Source of the DNA: an uncultured Hormoscilla sp. | Lineage (GTDB): Bacteria; Cyanobacteriota; Cyanobacteriia; Cyanobacteriales; Desertifilaceae | DNA length: 64,000 nucleotides | NCBI GenBank assembly: GCA_963921275.4 | Contig: OZ001293.3 | Coordinates: forward strand, 416,001 to 480,000 | Direction of reading: 5' to 3' | In this document: in pieces, positions 1 to 11,224 of the stretch | How positions within the stretch are numbered: position 1 is the stretch's first letter | How the letters are laid out: every line of letters begins with the position of its first letter | Translations under genes and position numbers: made by a program | The notes under the pieces: generated by a model | What the model was told of the DNA's origin: nothing | The model's database searches: none | Seen by the model: only the letters and a program-made list of their open reading frames with translations

Positions 1-351
1 GGCGGCAGTTACATTTTCATCTTCACAGATAATTGGTGGATACGCGCTCCGCTGTGCCCCTACAGGTGGCGATCGGATGCATCCAGAATAAATGCGATCG
101 CATATGGTCTGGACATAGATAAAATTGGCGATCTGATTTATTTTCTGACATAAATGGTAGGGGCACAGCGCCAGCGTATCCATAAATCAGGATATAAACT
201 AAAAGATATCTATTGCCGTGCCCCGGTCCGACATTCGCGATCTGTTGGGTGACATTTAATTGGCGATCGGGAATTTGTGGAGAAGAGATGATCGGGCAAT
301 CATGAGTTACACTTGTAGCATAGTTAAGCAAAAAGTTGGGAGAAAAGATCA

Positions 352-885
352 ATGTTGTCAGTAACAACGACCCCTCTAGCGGAATTTCTCAGTCAACCCA
401 ACATAGAAGCATCCCCAGCATGGGAGTTCATTTTAGGACGGGCGATCCAAAAACCAATGCTAACACTTTTTCATTCTAGGCTACAGCGCCACCTAGTTAA
501 CTACATCAACGATCGTACAGAAAGATTTGAAGCCGTGCAAGAACTGCGTTGTGTCGTGCCTCCCTATTCACCAGTACCCGATATTTCCGTCGTTGCCAGC
601 GATCGTCTGCCCACAGAAGATGGTTCTCTAGAAGGTGCGCCAGATTGGTTAATAGAAATCCGTTCTCCGGACCAAAGCACCCTCAACTTACAAAACAAAA
701 TTATTCACTGCTTGGGCAACGGAACGCAACTTGCTTGGTTAATAGACATGAAAAGTCAGCAAGTTTGGGTGTGGCAAGAAGATGATTTACCCCTTATATG
801 TTCGGGAGAAGATCCCTTGCCCATTTTAGGTACAATACCCCAACTGACTGTAAACATGGTAATGGCGATGCGGAGTAGGCAATAA
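352..885 (+). CDS. Uma2 family (PD-(D/E)XK) putative endonuclease
   Basis: 177 aa with ELRC..PVPDISV..GAPDWLIEIRSPDQS and GTQLAWLID motifs typical of Uma2 proteins. Confidence 0.85.
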   Translation: MLSVTTTPLAEFLSQPNIEASPAWEFILGRAIQKPMLTLFHSRLQRHLVNYINDRTERFEAVQELRCVVPPYSPVPDISVVASDRLPTEDGSLEGAPDWLIEIRSPDQSTLNLQNKIIHCLGNGTQLAWLIDMKSQQVWVWQEDDLPLICSGEDPLPILGTIPQLTVNMVMAMRSRQ

Positions 886-974
886 GCAGCGGTTTGCAGT
901 GGTTCGCAGTGATTCCCAGGTGGTTGCCGTCGCCGGTTCCAGAATAAGCAGGATCGAATTATGAAACTATGGTA

Positions 975-1428
975 TTATCCATTAGATCGCGGTAATTTTT
1001 CTCTGACTTTCTCTTCAACGGAGTTGAGCAAGTTAACAATATTTTCACTCAGGGGTTCGATCGCGTAGCGTGCGCGCAGCGCATTCTGGGCAAGTTCTAA
1101 TTCCGCAGCATCAACCTGCCCCAAATTCTTCATCTCCAGTATACGAGATGCGATCTCGATGTCTCCTGTGTGCCGAGGCCCCTGGGACGAGAGCTCTGGC
1201 AGAGATATCGAAGTGGAGTTCCTGATGCAGAGTTTCCAGAGATTGCCTTTCTGGGATCCGTACTCAGCCATACCTAGAGAATACAACCACTTCCCTAAAT
1301 TGGCAGTCCCTGTGAGAAACGAAGTCCGTCAGTTTAATATCTAACTCTCCATGCAGAAAGGATCTGAGTTTGATCTTCCACAGGGAATGTTGAGCTTTTG
1401 CTAAGGAGAAGTCAATCATACCACTCAT
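975..1428 (-). pseudogene. CZB (chemoreceptor zinc-binding) domain protein, frameshifted, with two small insertions
   Basis: IDFSLAKAQHSLWKIKLRSFL..SHRDCQ-[fs]-KWLYS..LHQELH split over ORFs 1264..1464 and 975..1286; hairpin element at 1158-1209 and 24-nt insert at 1063-1086. Confidence 0.65.
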
Positions 1429-1447
1429 CCCTTCGGGGGGGATACAT

Positions 1448-1607
1448 CTACGAACGGGAAACACTAAATTGTTTACTACGAACGACGGAAAACACTAAAT
1501 TGTTTACTACGAACGACGGAAAACACTAAATTGTTTACTACGAACGACGGAAAACACTAAATTGTTTACTACGAACGACGGGAAACACTAAATTGTTTAC
1601 TACGAAC
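1448..1607. repeat. Tandem repeat, ~5 copies of 31-bp unit CTACGAACGACGGAAAACACTAAATTGTTTA
   Basis: Directly visible head-to-tail copies with no spacers. Confidence 0.9.
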
Positions 1608-1656
1608 GAGGCACGGAAAGGTGGGCGATGCCCACCCTACCTAAGACTCTGGGAAA

Positions 1657-2859
1657 TTAAGCCTCATCTAAGGCCGCAATGCCCGGGAGAACTTTTCCTT
1701 CCAGTAACTCCAGACTAGCACCCCCACCAGTGGAAATGTGACTCATTTGCTCTGCTACGCCTACCTTTTCTACCGCTGCAACCGAGTCCCCGCCCCCGAC
1801 GATCGTCGTAGCGCCTGTCTTCGTCAGATCCGCTAGCGAGCCCGCGATCGCCTCAGTCCCCACCGCAAACTTATCAAACTCAAACACTCCCATGGGGCCA
1901 TTCCAGATCGCAGACTTGCAGTCTGCTAGCGCTGCTTGGAAAGTCTTCACCGAGTCAGGGCCAATATCCAACCCCATCCAACCCTCGGGGATGGCCTCAA
2001 CTTTGACGGTTTGGGCATTAGCATCAGCAGCAAAATTATCCGCTACCACCACATCCGTGGGCAACAGCAGGTCCACCCCCTTTGACTTGGCCTTCGCATC
2101 CAGTTCCTTGGCCAACTCCAGCTTGTCATCTTCCACCAGAGACTTACCTACACTCAGTCCCCGGGCCTTATAGAAGGTAAAGATCATCCCGCCACCCAGC
2201 AGCAGCTTGTCGCATTTTTCCAGCAAAGTCTCAATCACCCCAATTTTACTGGAAACCTTGGAACCACCAATAATCGCCGCCAGGGGACGCTGGGGATTTT
2301 CGATCGCCGCTTGCAAATATTGCAGTTCCTTCTCGATCAAGAACCCGGCCACCGAAGGACTCAGGTATTTGGTCACCCCCTCCGTGGAAGCATGGGCCCG
2401 GTGGGCAGTACCAAAGGCATCATTCACATACACATCCGCTACCGAGGCCAACTGCTTGGCAAATTCCGGGTCATTGGCCTCTTCTCCCGGGTAGAAGCGG
2501 ACATTTTCCAGCAACGCCACGTCACCATCCTTCATTCCGGTCACCGCTTTGGCCACCTCGTCACCAATGCAGTCATCCGTCTTGACCACCTTCTGGCCCA
2601 GCAACTCCGAAAGGCGATCGGCCACCACATTCAGGCGCATGCCCTCGTTCACCTTACCCTTGGGACGCCCGAAGTGGGAAGTGAGAATCACCTTCGCACC
2701 CTTACTGGTTAAATCCTGAATCGTTGGCAAAGCCGCCTTGATGCGAGTATCATCAGTAATGCTGCCGTTATCCACTGGCACGTTGAAATCCGCCCGCATC
2801 AGCACCTTCTTGCCCGATAGATCGGACTTCGATAAACTTGCTATAGTTTTCTTGGACAC
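1657..2859 (-). CDS. pgk: Phosphoglycerate kinase
   Basis: [51 protein letters not shown] motifs; intact 400 aa. Confidence 0.98.
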   Translation of the reverse strand: MSKKTIASLSKSDLSGKKVLMRADFNVPVDNGSITDDTRIKAALPTIQDLTSKGAKVILTSHFGRPKGKVNEGMRLNVVADRLSELLGQKVVKTDDCIGDEVAKAVTGMKDGDVALLENVRFYPGEEANDPEFAKQLASVADVYVNDAFGTAHRAHASTEGVTKYLSPSVAGFLIEKELQYLQAAIENPQRPLAAIIGGSKVSSKIGVIETLLEKCDKLLLGGGMIFTFYKARGLSVGKSLVEDDKLELAKELDAKAKSKGVDLLLPTDVVVADNFAADANAQTVKVEAIPEGWMGLDIGPDSVKTFQAALADCKSAIWNGPMGVFEFDKFAVGTEAIAGSLADLTKTGATTIVGGGDSVAAVEKVGVAEQMSHISTGGGASLELLEGKVLPGIAALDEA

Positions 2860-3012
2860 AGAGCGACCTCCTTTAATAATCTGTTTGTCAGATCCAAATA
2901 GTTACCTGCAAACAGTTCTCGACGTCTTCCGCATGCTCTTGTCCTGAAGGACTCGGCATGCTTCAGACGCCGCGTCAACATTTTATCGGAGTACGTGTCC
3001 CGGAGGTAATTC

Positions 3013-3420
3013 ATGTTTCAGACAGTCCTATTTCCCGTCAATGACAGTCGCGAGTCCCGCGAAGCCGCTGAAGTGGTAGCCAATGTCGTGCAAAAGTACA
3101 ATAGCCGGTTGGTGCTGCTGTCCGTCCTAGTACCGGTGGCCGACGAAGCAGCCTCCCAACAGTCCATGTCCAATCATGAGGCGATCGCCAAGCTGCTGGA
3201 GGGAGCCAAGGCCATGTTTGCCCAGCAAGGCATCGAGACCGAAGTGATGGAACGTGAGGGCAAGCCAGCATTCGTCATCTGCGATGTGGCCGATGAAATA
3301 GAGGCCAATTTAATTGTCATGGGCAGTCGGGGCATGGGCTTGACAGAGGAAGGGATCAGTGATAGTGTAACCAATCGGGTGGTAAATCTATCTCCCTGTC
3401 CCGTGCTGATTGTGCCTTAG
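3013..3420 (+). CDS. Universal stress protein (UspA family)
   Basis: VLFPVNDS start, LIVMGSRG, SVTNRVVNLSPCPVLIVP. Confidence 0.92.
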   Translation: MFQTVLFPVNDSRESREAAEVVANVVQKYNSRLVLLSVLVPVADEAASQQSMSNHEAIAKLLEGAKAMFAQQGIETEVMEREGKPAFVICDVADEIEANLIVMGSRGMGLTEEGISDSVTNRVVNLSPCPVLIVP

Positions 3421-3458
3421 ATGCGATCGGCTAATGGCAACGCCATTATGAACGAACA

Positions 3459-4313
3459 ATGACAATCCAGTGGTATCCCGGACATATTGCTAAGGCAGAA
3501 AAGGCACTCAAAGAACAACTCAAGCGAGTAGATGTAGTGCTGGAAGTCCGGGATGCCCGGATCCCCTCAGCTACGGCCCATCCCCAAGTTCCAGAATGGG
3601 TGGGAGATAAGGGGCGGGTATTGGTACTCAATCGTCAGGACATGATTTCTCGCCAAGTGCAGACCCTCTGGGCAGAGTGGTTTGCTGCCCAAGGGAGTGC
3701 AGTTTATTTTACCAATGCTAAGTTGGGTAAAGGGATAAAAGTTTTGGCAGCTGCGGCTACAGCGGCGGGGGCCGCGATGAACCAAAGAAGGCGCAGTCGG
3801 GGAATGCTACCCCGTCCAGTGCGCGCAGTGGCGATCGGGTTTCCAAATGTGGGCAAGTCAGCATTGATTAACCGGTTGCTGGGCCAGCGGGTAGTAGAAA
3901 GTGCAGCCCGTCCGGGGGTCACCAGACAGTTGCGTTGGGTGCGGATCTCCAAGGAAATAGAATTGCTCGACGCACCGGGAGTGATACCCGCGAAATTGGA
4001 CGATCGGGATGCGGCATTTAAATTAGCCATCTGTGACGATATCGGCGAGGCGTCTTATGACAATCAACTGGTAGCGGCTGAGTTAGTAGAATTGCTCAAG
4101 CAGTTGGACGATCGGGTTAATAGCTTAAATGATTTGCGCAGGCGCTACGAACTCGACCCCCTGCCTTACGCCGGAGAAGAATACCTCCATGCTTTAGCTG
4201 AGTTGCACTATCAAGGAGATACCGAACGCACCGCACGTCAGTTGTTGACCGACTTTAGAAAAGGACAGCTAGGGGCTCACGGTCTGGAATTGCCGCCTCA
4301 TATCCAAACCTAA
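3459..4313 (+). CDS. ylqF: Ribosome biogenesis GTPase YlqF/RbgA
   Basis: IQWYPGHIAKA, EVRDARIP, GFPNVGKS, PGVTR, LLDAPG circularly permuted GTPase motifs. Confidence 0.95.
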   Translation: MTIQWYPGHIAKAEKALKEQLKRVDVVLEVRDARIPSATAHPQVPEWVGDKGRVLVLNRQDMISRQVQTLWAEWFAAQGSAVYFTNAKLGKGIKVLAAAATAAGAAMNQRRRSRGMLPRPVRAVAIGFPNVGKSALINRLLGQRVVESAARPGVTRQLRWVRISKEIELLDAPGVIPAKLDDRDAAFKLAICDDIGEASYDNQLVAAELVELLKQLDDRVNSLNDLRRRYELDPLPYAGEEYLHALAELHYQGDTERTARQLLTDFRKGQLGAHGLELPPHIQT

Positions 4314-4380
4314 AATAAACAGCTTACGGTTAATAGTTGCCGAATGCCTTGGTCGTCAGAGTTCAAAGAGGTTGGGAGTA

Positions 4381-4700
4381 ATGACGGAACTTTCGCTGCG
4401 CATACAGGTTGAGGCCAAGACTTCAAAAACGGTTAACGTGAATTTGGATCGATTTACCGTAGGCCGATCGCCAGAATGCGACCTGCACTTGCCTTTCTTT
4501 TTCGTTGCCCGGCGTCATGCCCGCTTTACGCGGACCGAGTCGGGAATGTGGGAAGTTGAAGACCTAAATAGCCTCTGCGGTATTCTATTGAATCAATGCC
4601 CGGTGACAGCCCCTCAACAGATACATCATGGCGATATGATTCAACTGGGGCAGGTGTTTGGTGAATGTGGTGTTGGTTGAGGCGACGCGGCCTTAGTGAC
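4381..4700 (+). pseudogene. Truncated duplicate of the FHA-domain 5' end of the downstream adenylate cyclase
   Basis: FTVGRSPECDL..ARRHARF..EDLNSLCG; DNA 4342-4696 resembles 5200-5548 including the upstream leader. Confidence 0.75.
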
Positions 4701-4816
4701 TTGCGTAAAAATATTTTACCTGTCAAACGATCTGCACTCAAGAAATAGCTTTACCTGATTGGTACAATAAGAGTTCTCTGTTTTCTGTTCTCTGTTTGGA
4801 GTTACAAGTCCCTATC

Positions 4817-4940
4817 TGACCCTTCCGAGAGTCACCAATGACCCAAAGAGACTCATGTAATGATCTTCTGAGAGTCACCGATGACCTTCTTTGACTCATT
4901 ACCCTTCCGAGAGTCACCGATGACCTCCCGAAAGTCATCC
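4817..4940. repeat. Degenerate ~21-bp periodic repeats (TGACCCTTCCGAGAGTCACCRA alternating with TGACC...CAT variants)
   Basis: GAGAGTCACC recurs three times at ~40-bp spacing. Confidence 0.65.
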
Positions 4941-5238
4941 CCACAGGAGACAGCGCCCCGAGACTGCTCAGTCTCTATCCAGCGACGGAACTATTCCGAC
5001 AAGGTAAACTCAGAGAATATATTTGGGACAGGTCTGCTTCGGGGCCCCCCGTGAGTTAGTATCGCGTTGGAGTCATACTTAGAGAAAGATTGTCTATTAT
5101 CAGTGGAGATATTGTCAAGGGTTCGTCTGGTAAATCACGCTGAAAACGTCCCTGGGGAAACAGGATCCAGATTTAACCAGAGGGTTTGCAGGAGTTGAAA
5201 ATGCCTTGGTCGCCAGAGTTCAAAGAGGTTTGGGAGTA

Positions 5239-6908
5239 ATGACGGAACTTTCGCTGCGCCTACAAGTTGAGGGAAATACAGAAACGACGGTTAACGTGCA
5301 TTTGGATCAATTTACCCTGGGCCGATCGCCAGAATGCGACCTGCACTTGCTTTTCTTCGGAGTTTCCCGGCGTCATGCCCGCTTTGCGCAGCTGAGGGAA
5401 TGTGGATTCTTGAAGACCTAGGTAGTCTCAACGGTACCCTATTGAATCAATTCCCGGTGACAGTCCCTCAACAGATCCGTCATGGCGATGTGGTGCAAGT
5501 GGAGATGGTGTTTCTGAAGGTGGTGTTGGTTAGGGCGACGCGGCCTAAGAAAACCGCCACTCACCATATCACTGACAGCACGACGATCTTGCGCAATGTT
5601 CAGGACTTGCAACAACAATGGATATGGGCTGATACCGGAGAAGAGACTGCTGGCAACCACCGCAAAGCCATTGCCCGCCTGAAGGACCTGGTGGAGATCT
5701 CTAAAGGTCTGAATTCGGCTGAATCTATAGAAGCAATTTTTTTAAGGGTGCAGTCCATAGTTTTCCGCGACCTGAAGCGGATTGAGCGTCTAGCCTTATT
5801 AATAGATGTTAATGGTACAGGGCAAACCAAATTGATGAATGCTGCTATGAGACACCCTGATGAAGAGGAGGATATAGTAGCTGATAGCAGTTGGATTAGT
5901 CATAGCATCTGTCAAAAGGTATTTACCGAGAGGGTAGCGATTCAAACAATTGATGCCCAGGAAGACGAACGTTTTGAGGCAGAAATGAGTATTTTAAGCA
6001 AGGGCATCCGCAATGCTATGGCCGTGCCCCGTGGGATGAGAATAAAGTGGTGGGCGTCCTCTATGCTGATGCCCGTCTGTCTTCTAGCTATGGAACTGCC
6101 GAAGTAGAGGAAGACTTGAGCTTTTTTTCGGCTTTGGCAAATCTAGTAGCTTCTAGTATCCAGCGTTGGCTGTTGCAGAGGAAACTGAGAAGCGAAGAAG
6201 TGATTCGGCAAAGACTAGAACGCTAATCATACTCCGGCAGTGGTACAGCAGATGCTGGCTGCTGGAACCCTCCAGGATTGTCGCTTACCTCTAGCAGAGC
6301 ATGAAATCAGCATCCTGTTTGCTGATATTGTGGGCTTTACTGCCCTTTCCTAACGCTTGAGGCCATCGGAAATTGCGGAATTGCTGAATAATTTCTTTGA
6401 GGAAATGTTGCAGGAAGTGTTTGTCGCCAAGGGGACTTTAGATAAGTTCATTGGAGATTGCATTATGGCATTTTTTGGCGCTCCCGAACCGCAGCCGGAT
6501 CATGCCGAGCGGGCGGTAGCAGTTGCGAGGGGGATGCTATCGCGTCTGGATCATTTGAATGGGATTAAGCGCTGGAAGGAACCGATCCAATTAAGAATTG
6601 CGATTAACAGTGGTAAAGCTGTGGTGGGAGATATCGGCAGTTTCCAAAGAGTGGACTATACAGTGTTAGGATCGACAATTAATCTGGCATCGCGGATGGA
6701 AGGTATTTGTCCTCCTGGTGAATGTGTGGTGAGTGAAGCAACCTATAGATTGTTGCGCAAGCGTCAAGGTCTAGTGCAGATGGGAAGTTACCGTTTTAGA
6801 GGCATTGGGCGACCGGTAACAATTTTTCAGACCAAGCGGAATCCTTTCCCTGCCCCCTCTCCTCCTCCTCCCCCTCCTCCTGCTTCAGAACGTCAAGTCA
6901 ATGGGTAA
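5239..6908 (+). pseudogene. FHA-GAF-class III adenylate/guanylate cyclase (CyaD-like), disrupted
   Basis: FHA, GAF (SICQKVF..AIQT.DA..DERF) and cyclase (ILFADIVGFT, DKFIGDCIMAFFG, YTVLGSTINLASRMEG) segments; frameshifts near 5392 and 6030, in-frame TAA near 6224 and 6351. Confidence 0.85.
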
Positions 6909-6928
6909 TGTAGAACAGGCGTAGAACA

Positions 6929-8116
6929 TTAAACATGAAAGTCCATTTTAGCTAGTTCTGTACGGATGCGTTTAGCTTCGGCCGGGTTATGTTGTTCGTG
7001 GAGGGCGATCGCCTCTTTGAAGGCGGCCAAACTTGCCCCTACATTCCCGCCTTTCAGCAGGGCGACTCCTAAGTTTTGATAGGCTTCTGCATGGGTATGA
7101 TTTAGTTTCAGAGCTTGTTGGTAGGCGGCGATCGCCTCTTCTAATTTACCCAATTGTTTCCAGGCCATACCCAGATTATAGTATCCGACAGCAAAACTGG
7201 GGTCAATCTCGATAGTTTGCTGATAGAGCATAATCGCTCCGACTATGTTACCCGATTCCTTGCGCAAATTTCCCCAATTATTGTAAGCCCCGATTTTTAA
7301 CTTGCGCATAATGGGCAATTCTGCTGCTGACTGATAGTGATGTTGGGCTTTGGGGAGATTTTCCTGGCGACTGTAAGCAATACCTAAATGATAATGGAGT
7401 TCGTAGAGAACCATTTTTTCTGAGGTCAAGGGTAAAGATTTTTCTAGCAGGGCGATTCCCTGGGCCACTTCCTGCATTTGCACGTACAAAGCTCCCAATT
7501 TACTACAAGTATAGGGGTCATCTGGATGTGCGGCCAGGTATGCTTCCATTGCTGTCAGGGCTCTGATATATTTATTTTTAGCAGCAATTGTGCCTGGCTG
7601 ATAGCCATAATGGGCAATGGCTACTGACTCCATATGGCCTACTTGCCACTTTGGTTCTCGCTGCAACAACTGCATGATGCTGTCATCTACCATTTGATGA
7701 TAGGAGCGATCAAACTTGATATCCGGGTGCTTTCTAAATAGCCGCGAGACTAGAGAATAGGGGGATTGGGTGGCTCCGATTTCTTGACGAATTAAGTTGA
7801 TTAAAATGTAGTTTTCCTGGGCGATCGCCTGTTTGAGTTGCGGTCCTATATTAGCAGAGAGTTCTTCATCAGCATCTAAAACCAGGATCCAATCCCCTGT
7901 CGCCTGTTCTAGGGAGAAATTTATGGCCGGTGATAGGTTTAAGTCCTGGGGAAAGCGATATATTTTCGCGCCCAATTCCTTGGCAATGGCCGGGGTGCGA
8001 TCGGTCGAACCGGTATCGACTACCACCATTTCATCGACGACATCCTTGACACTGTTCAGACAGCTAGGCAAGGACGCCTCTTCATCTTTGACAATCATGC
8101 ACAGGCTGAGTTTCAT
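6929..8116 (-). CDS. Glycosyltransferase family 2 with TPR repeats
   Basis: LSLCMIVKDEE, VVVDTGSTD, WILVLDADE, followed by TPR motifs (YYNLGMA, YQNLGVAL). Confidence 0.9.
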   Translation of the reverse strand: MKLSLCMIVKDEEASLPSCLNSVKDVVDEMVVVDTGSTDRTPAIAKELGAKIYRFPQDLNLSPAINFSLEQATGDWILVLDADEELSANIGPQLKQAIAQENYILINLIRQEIGATQSPYSLVSRLFRKHPDIKFDRSYHQMVDDSIMQLLQREPKWQVGHMESVAIAHYGYQPGTIAAKNKYIRALTAMEAYLAAHPDDPYTCSKLGALYVQMQEVAQGIALLEKSLPLTSEKMVLYELHYHLGIAYSRQENLPKAQHHYQSAAELPIMRKLKIGAYNNWGNLRKESGNIVGAIMLYQQTIEIDPSFAVGYYNLGMAWKQLGKLEEAIAAYQQALKLNHTHAEAYQNLGVALLKGGNVGASLAAFKEAIALHEQHNPAEAKRIRTELAKMDFHV

Positions 8117-8266
8117 CTTGCTACTGGTTTGGGAGTACCTTTCTTATGGTATAGTATAAAGGAACGAATGGGGATATGCAATATTAGATCGGGGGGATGC
8201 GGAGCCAGAGAACGAGAAATCGGTGGGATGCAGCAATTCACAATTTTCAATTCACAACTTACAACA

Positions 8267-8867
8267 ATGTCACAATATGATGCTATACTAATTCCCGGAG
8301 GCGGGGTGAGAGCAGGTGGCGAGTTGCCGATCGCAGGGTCGATTGGATCGATCGCTCTCAATCCAACGGGGAGAATATATCGTTACTATCAGTGCGGGCA
8401 CGACTCATAAACCCCCTCCTTTGGATGATAATAGCTTTCCGATCGCGTAGCGTGCGCGCAGCGCATTCTTTGAGGCGATCGGGGCGGCAAATTATTTGGT
8501 GAAAAGGGGATGCGACCCCAAGAAAATCCTCACAGAGGTCAGTTCCTATGATACGATCGAGAATGCCTACTTTTCTCGGGTAATTCATATCGAGCCGAGG
8601 GGCTGGCGGAAATTACTGATAATCACGTCGGAATTTCATCTGGCCAGAACGAAAAGCATTTTCCAATGGGTTTACGGTTTAGGGGTGCCAGCAAATTATT
8701 ATCAGTTACAGTTTGAGTCGGTGACAGATGCAGGAATTGAGCAGGAGGCCCTGAAGGCGAGAAGAGAAAAGGAAAGACAGAGTTTAGAAAGGTTAGCGGA
8801 TATTCAAAGTCAAGTGCATAATTTTCAAGAGTTGCACGAATGGTTATTTACGGAACATGGTGCTTAG
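8267..8867 (+). pseudogene. YdcF/DUF218 family protein, frameshifted
   Basis: YDAILIPGGG start; SYDTIENAYFS and LIITSEFHLAR in a different frame; 24-nt insert at 8445-8468. Confidence 0.75.
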
Positions 8868-8914
8868 TCGGTACGGCCCCAAGGAGTAAATGATATCAAA
8901 TTGGAGATGTATTA

Positions 8915-10150
8915 ATGCGCTCGCGGCTTACCCAACTCATGTTAGAAAGGTTTAAGAACTTTCTGGATGCCTCACTGCATCTGGGTGAGGCGACTATAAT
9001 AGTGGGAAGCAACGCTTCTGGAAAGAGTAACATTATAGATGCTTGGCGTTTCCTAAATGGAGTATCGAGGGGATACAATTTAGCAGAAATTATCGGAGAA
9101 AAATGGATTGACGCTGGGACTGGGCAAGGCATTAGGGGCGGCACGCGGGAAATCACTTTCTGTGGCGCATCGACTTTTGCCTTGACAGTTGATATAAGCA
9201 TCCCAGAACCAGAGGTGACAGTCAATTATCGCATCGAAGTCGATCCGGGTAGGGTCGGGAAAATTCCTCGGGTAATGGCCGAAAGAATAACCGTGGGATC
9301 GGCATCCCTGTTTGTAGCCGAATCAGTTGTTAAAAATGGGGAAACTCGTTTATTGGTTAATGTCGATCGTACTGTCAGTACAGCAGCTAACTGGCAATTA
9401 AACCGGATGCTCCCATGCTGCCACAACTGGCCCTTCAGAGTCAACATTATGCAATTCAAGATACCCTGAAAACACTTTATGGTATCCGTTGCTTGGATCT
9501 GCGCCCCGAGGTGATGCGTCAACCCTCTTTTCCCGGACAGCGGATTTTAGGCTATCGGGGAGAAAACCTGTCTTCAGTCGTGCAATCTCTGGGGGAAAGG
9601 GGGAAAGGGGGAAAGTGACGCTGCTAGACTGGTTGGATAAATTTACTCCGATAAAACAGATTTATTTCGAGTTTGTCGGCGATTTTCAAGGCAAGATTTG
9701 CCTGCACATTTTGGAGGCAAATGGACAAAAAATTCTGCCTATAGTCTTTCCCCCAGTACATTGCGTTTGCTGGCGATTTTAGCGGATTTACTGGAAGATA
9801 ATCCGGCTCAATTATATTGCTTTGACCCCTTGGAAACGGAAATCCATCCTACCCGGTTGCATCTGCTGGTCGCAATGATTGAAGGGGTGGCTAAATCTCA
9901 AAATATCCAAATCTTAGGCACGACTCACTCTTCTAAATTCCTCCGCTTGTTAGGTCCAGAAACTAGAGAATATGTTTCCTTGATTTATCGTCTGGAAACG
10001 CGATCGGATGCCGGGATAGTCAGAATTTTAGATCTGGCAGACGCTAGGCGCGCGATCGAGGAATATGACCTAGGAAGCTTGCATGAGTCGGCTTGGTTGG
10101 AGAATGTGGCAGAATTTGTATTAGATGATGAGTTAAAGCGGTTTAACCTC
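8915..10150 (+). pseudogene. AAA/ABC-type ATPase (AAA_21-like), frameshifted
   Basis: Walker A GSNASGKS, LSPSTLRLLA, degenerate Walker B and TTHS spread over four ORFs. Confidence 0.75.
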
Positions 10151-10214
10151 CTTCACTTCGCTGTTAGCCCGCCTGTGAAAGGGTTTGATGCCATTTTACG
10201 CCTATTTTTTCTCA

Positions 10215-10990
10215 CAATACTCCGGACAAAATTAGGAGGCTATGGCCCCGTAGGCAAGCAGGTTCTGGTAGTAGGGCGTGAGATTTAATCCTCGTTGGCT
10301 CATACAAGGAAATAAATAAGTTCATGCATATGCTCCCAATCGCGCGTTTAGAGGAGGCAACTCTTGAAACTCAACTCCGTGGCTGTGTCCCTTGACTGTT
10401 GTCAAGCTGTTTTGGCTTTCCGGACTGGCCGTGAAAGATATCTCTGCCAGAGCCAGAGCTCTTGTCCCAGGGTCCATGGCTGCGCCACCCATGGCTGCGC
10501 CACGCTACGCGATACGCGATACGCGATACGCGGACAGCACACAGGAGACATCGGAGACTCACAGACCTCACCACCTTCGATATCTATGCCAGAGCCAGAG
10601 CTCTTGTCCCAGGGTCCATACGGCACACAGGAGACATCGCTGTCTCCTACTGGACGCCGTCCAATGCGGGTCTTAACGAACTGAAAGCGACTGGGGAAGG
10701 TTTTATCGACCTTACCAGCGTAGTGTGTAGCGCGACTTCGATATCTCTGCCAGTGCTCTTGTCCCAGGGTCCATGGCTGCGCCACCCATGGCTGCGTATC
10801 ACGTAGCGTGGCGCAGACGGCACACAGGAGACATCGTCGTCCCCTTCTTTTCTGTGGTCCGATACACTTCTTACTTTTCGATATCTCTGCCAGATCTCTT
10901 GTCCCAGGGGACATGGACGGCACACAGGAGACATCTGGCGTACCCGTTTGTCAGCAAGGGAAATGGCCCTGTGGCAAGAACTTGCCGGAG
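10215..10990 (-). mobile_element. IS4-like transposase remnant containing four hairpin elements
   Basis: Starts with terminus CAATACTCCGGACA (its reverse complement ends at 39449 and 41204); 10310-10378 resembles 38111-38180. Confidence 0.55.
10437..10935 (+). repeat. Four copies of a GATATCTCTGCC...CACACAGGAGACATC element (10437-10552, 10579-10638, 10740-10835, 10880-10935)
   Basis: Shared termini, variable nested interiors; other copies at 1158-1209 (reverse), 31420-31496, 38241-38314. Confidence 0.85.
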
Positions 10991-11018
10991 ATGTCCTGTC
11001 CGACCTTGGCTATGAAAC

Positions 11019-11175
11019 AGGTTCGTAGCAGGTTCGTAGTCAGCACTAAAGTGCTTGCCCGCAGGTTCGTAGTCAGCACTTTAGTGCTTGCCCGCAGGTT
11101 CGTAGCTAGGGAAACCCAACATGAGCATGGTAGCGTTGTCGAGTTGGGTTTCGTGCCTCAACCCAACCTACAGTT
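11019..11175. repeat. Cluster of REP-like palindromes (GTTCGTAGTCAGCACTAAAGTGCTT x2; GTTGGGTTTCGTGCCTCAACCCAACCTAC)
   Basis: Visible inverted and tandem copies; second motif recurs at ~35374-35402. Confidence 0.7.
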
Positions 11176-11224
11176 ACTCTGACATTTTGAATTTTGAATG
11201 AGAGAATTTTGAATTCATACCCAA

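Noticed and set aside
1448..1607. Possible CRISPR array
   Set aside because: Repeats are contiguous with no unique spacers, and no cas genes are present
1892..2947. Antisense ORFs over pgk (likewise over fba, icd, sir and DUF1156)
   Set aside because: Shadow frames of well-supported genes
4342..5548. DGR template/variable repeat pair served by the RT at 22-24 kb
   Set aside because: Differences are not adenine-specific, and the RT lies within a full group II intron with maturase and HNH domains
10364..11182. Many overlapping ORFs on both strands
   Set aside because: Produced by GC-rich repeat elements inside an IS remnant; no coherent protein
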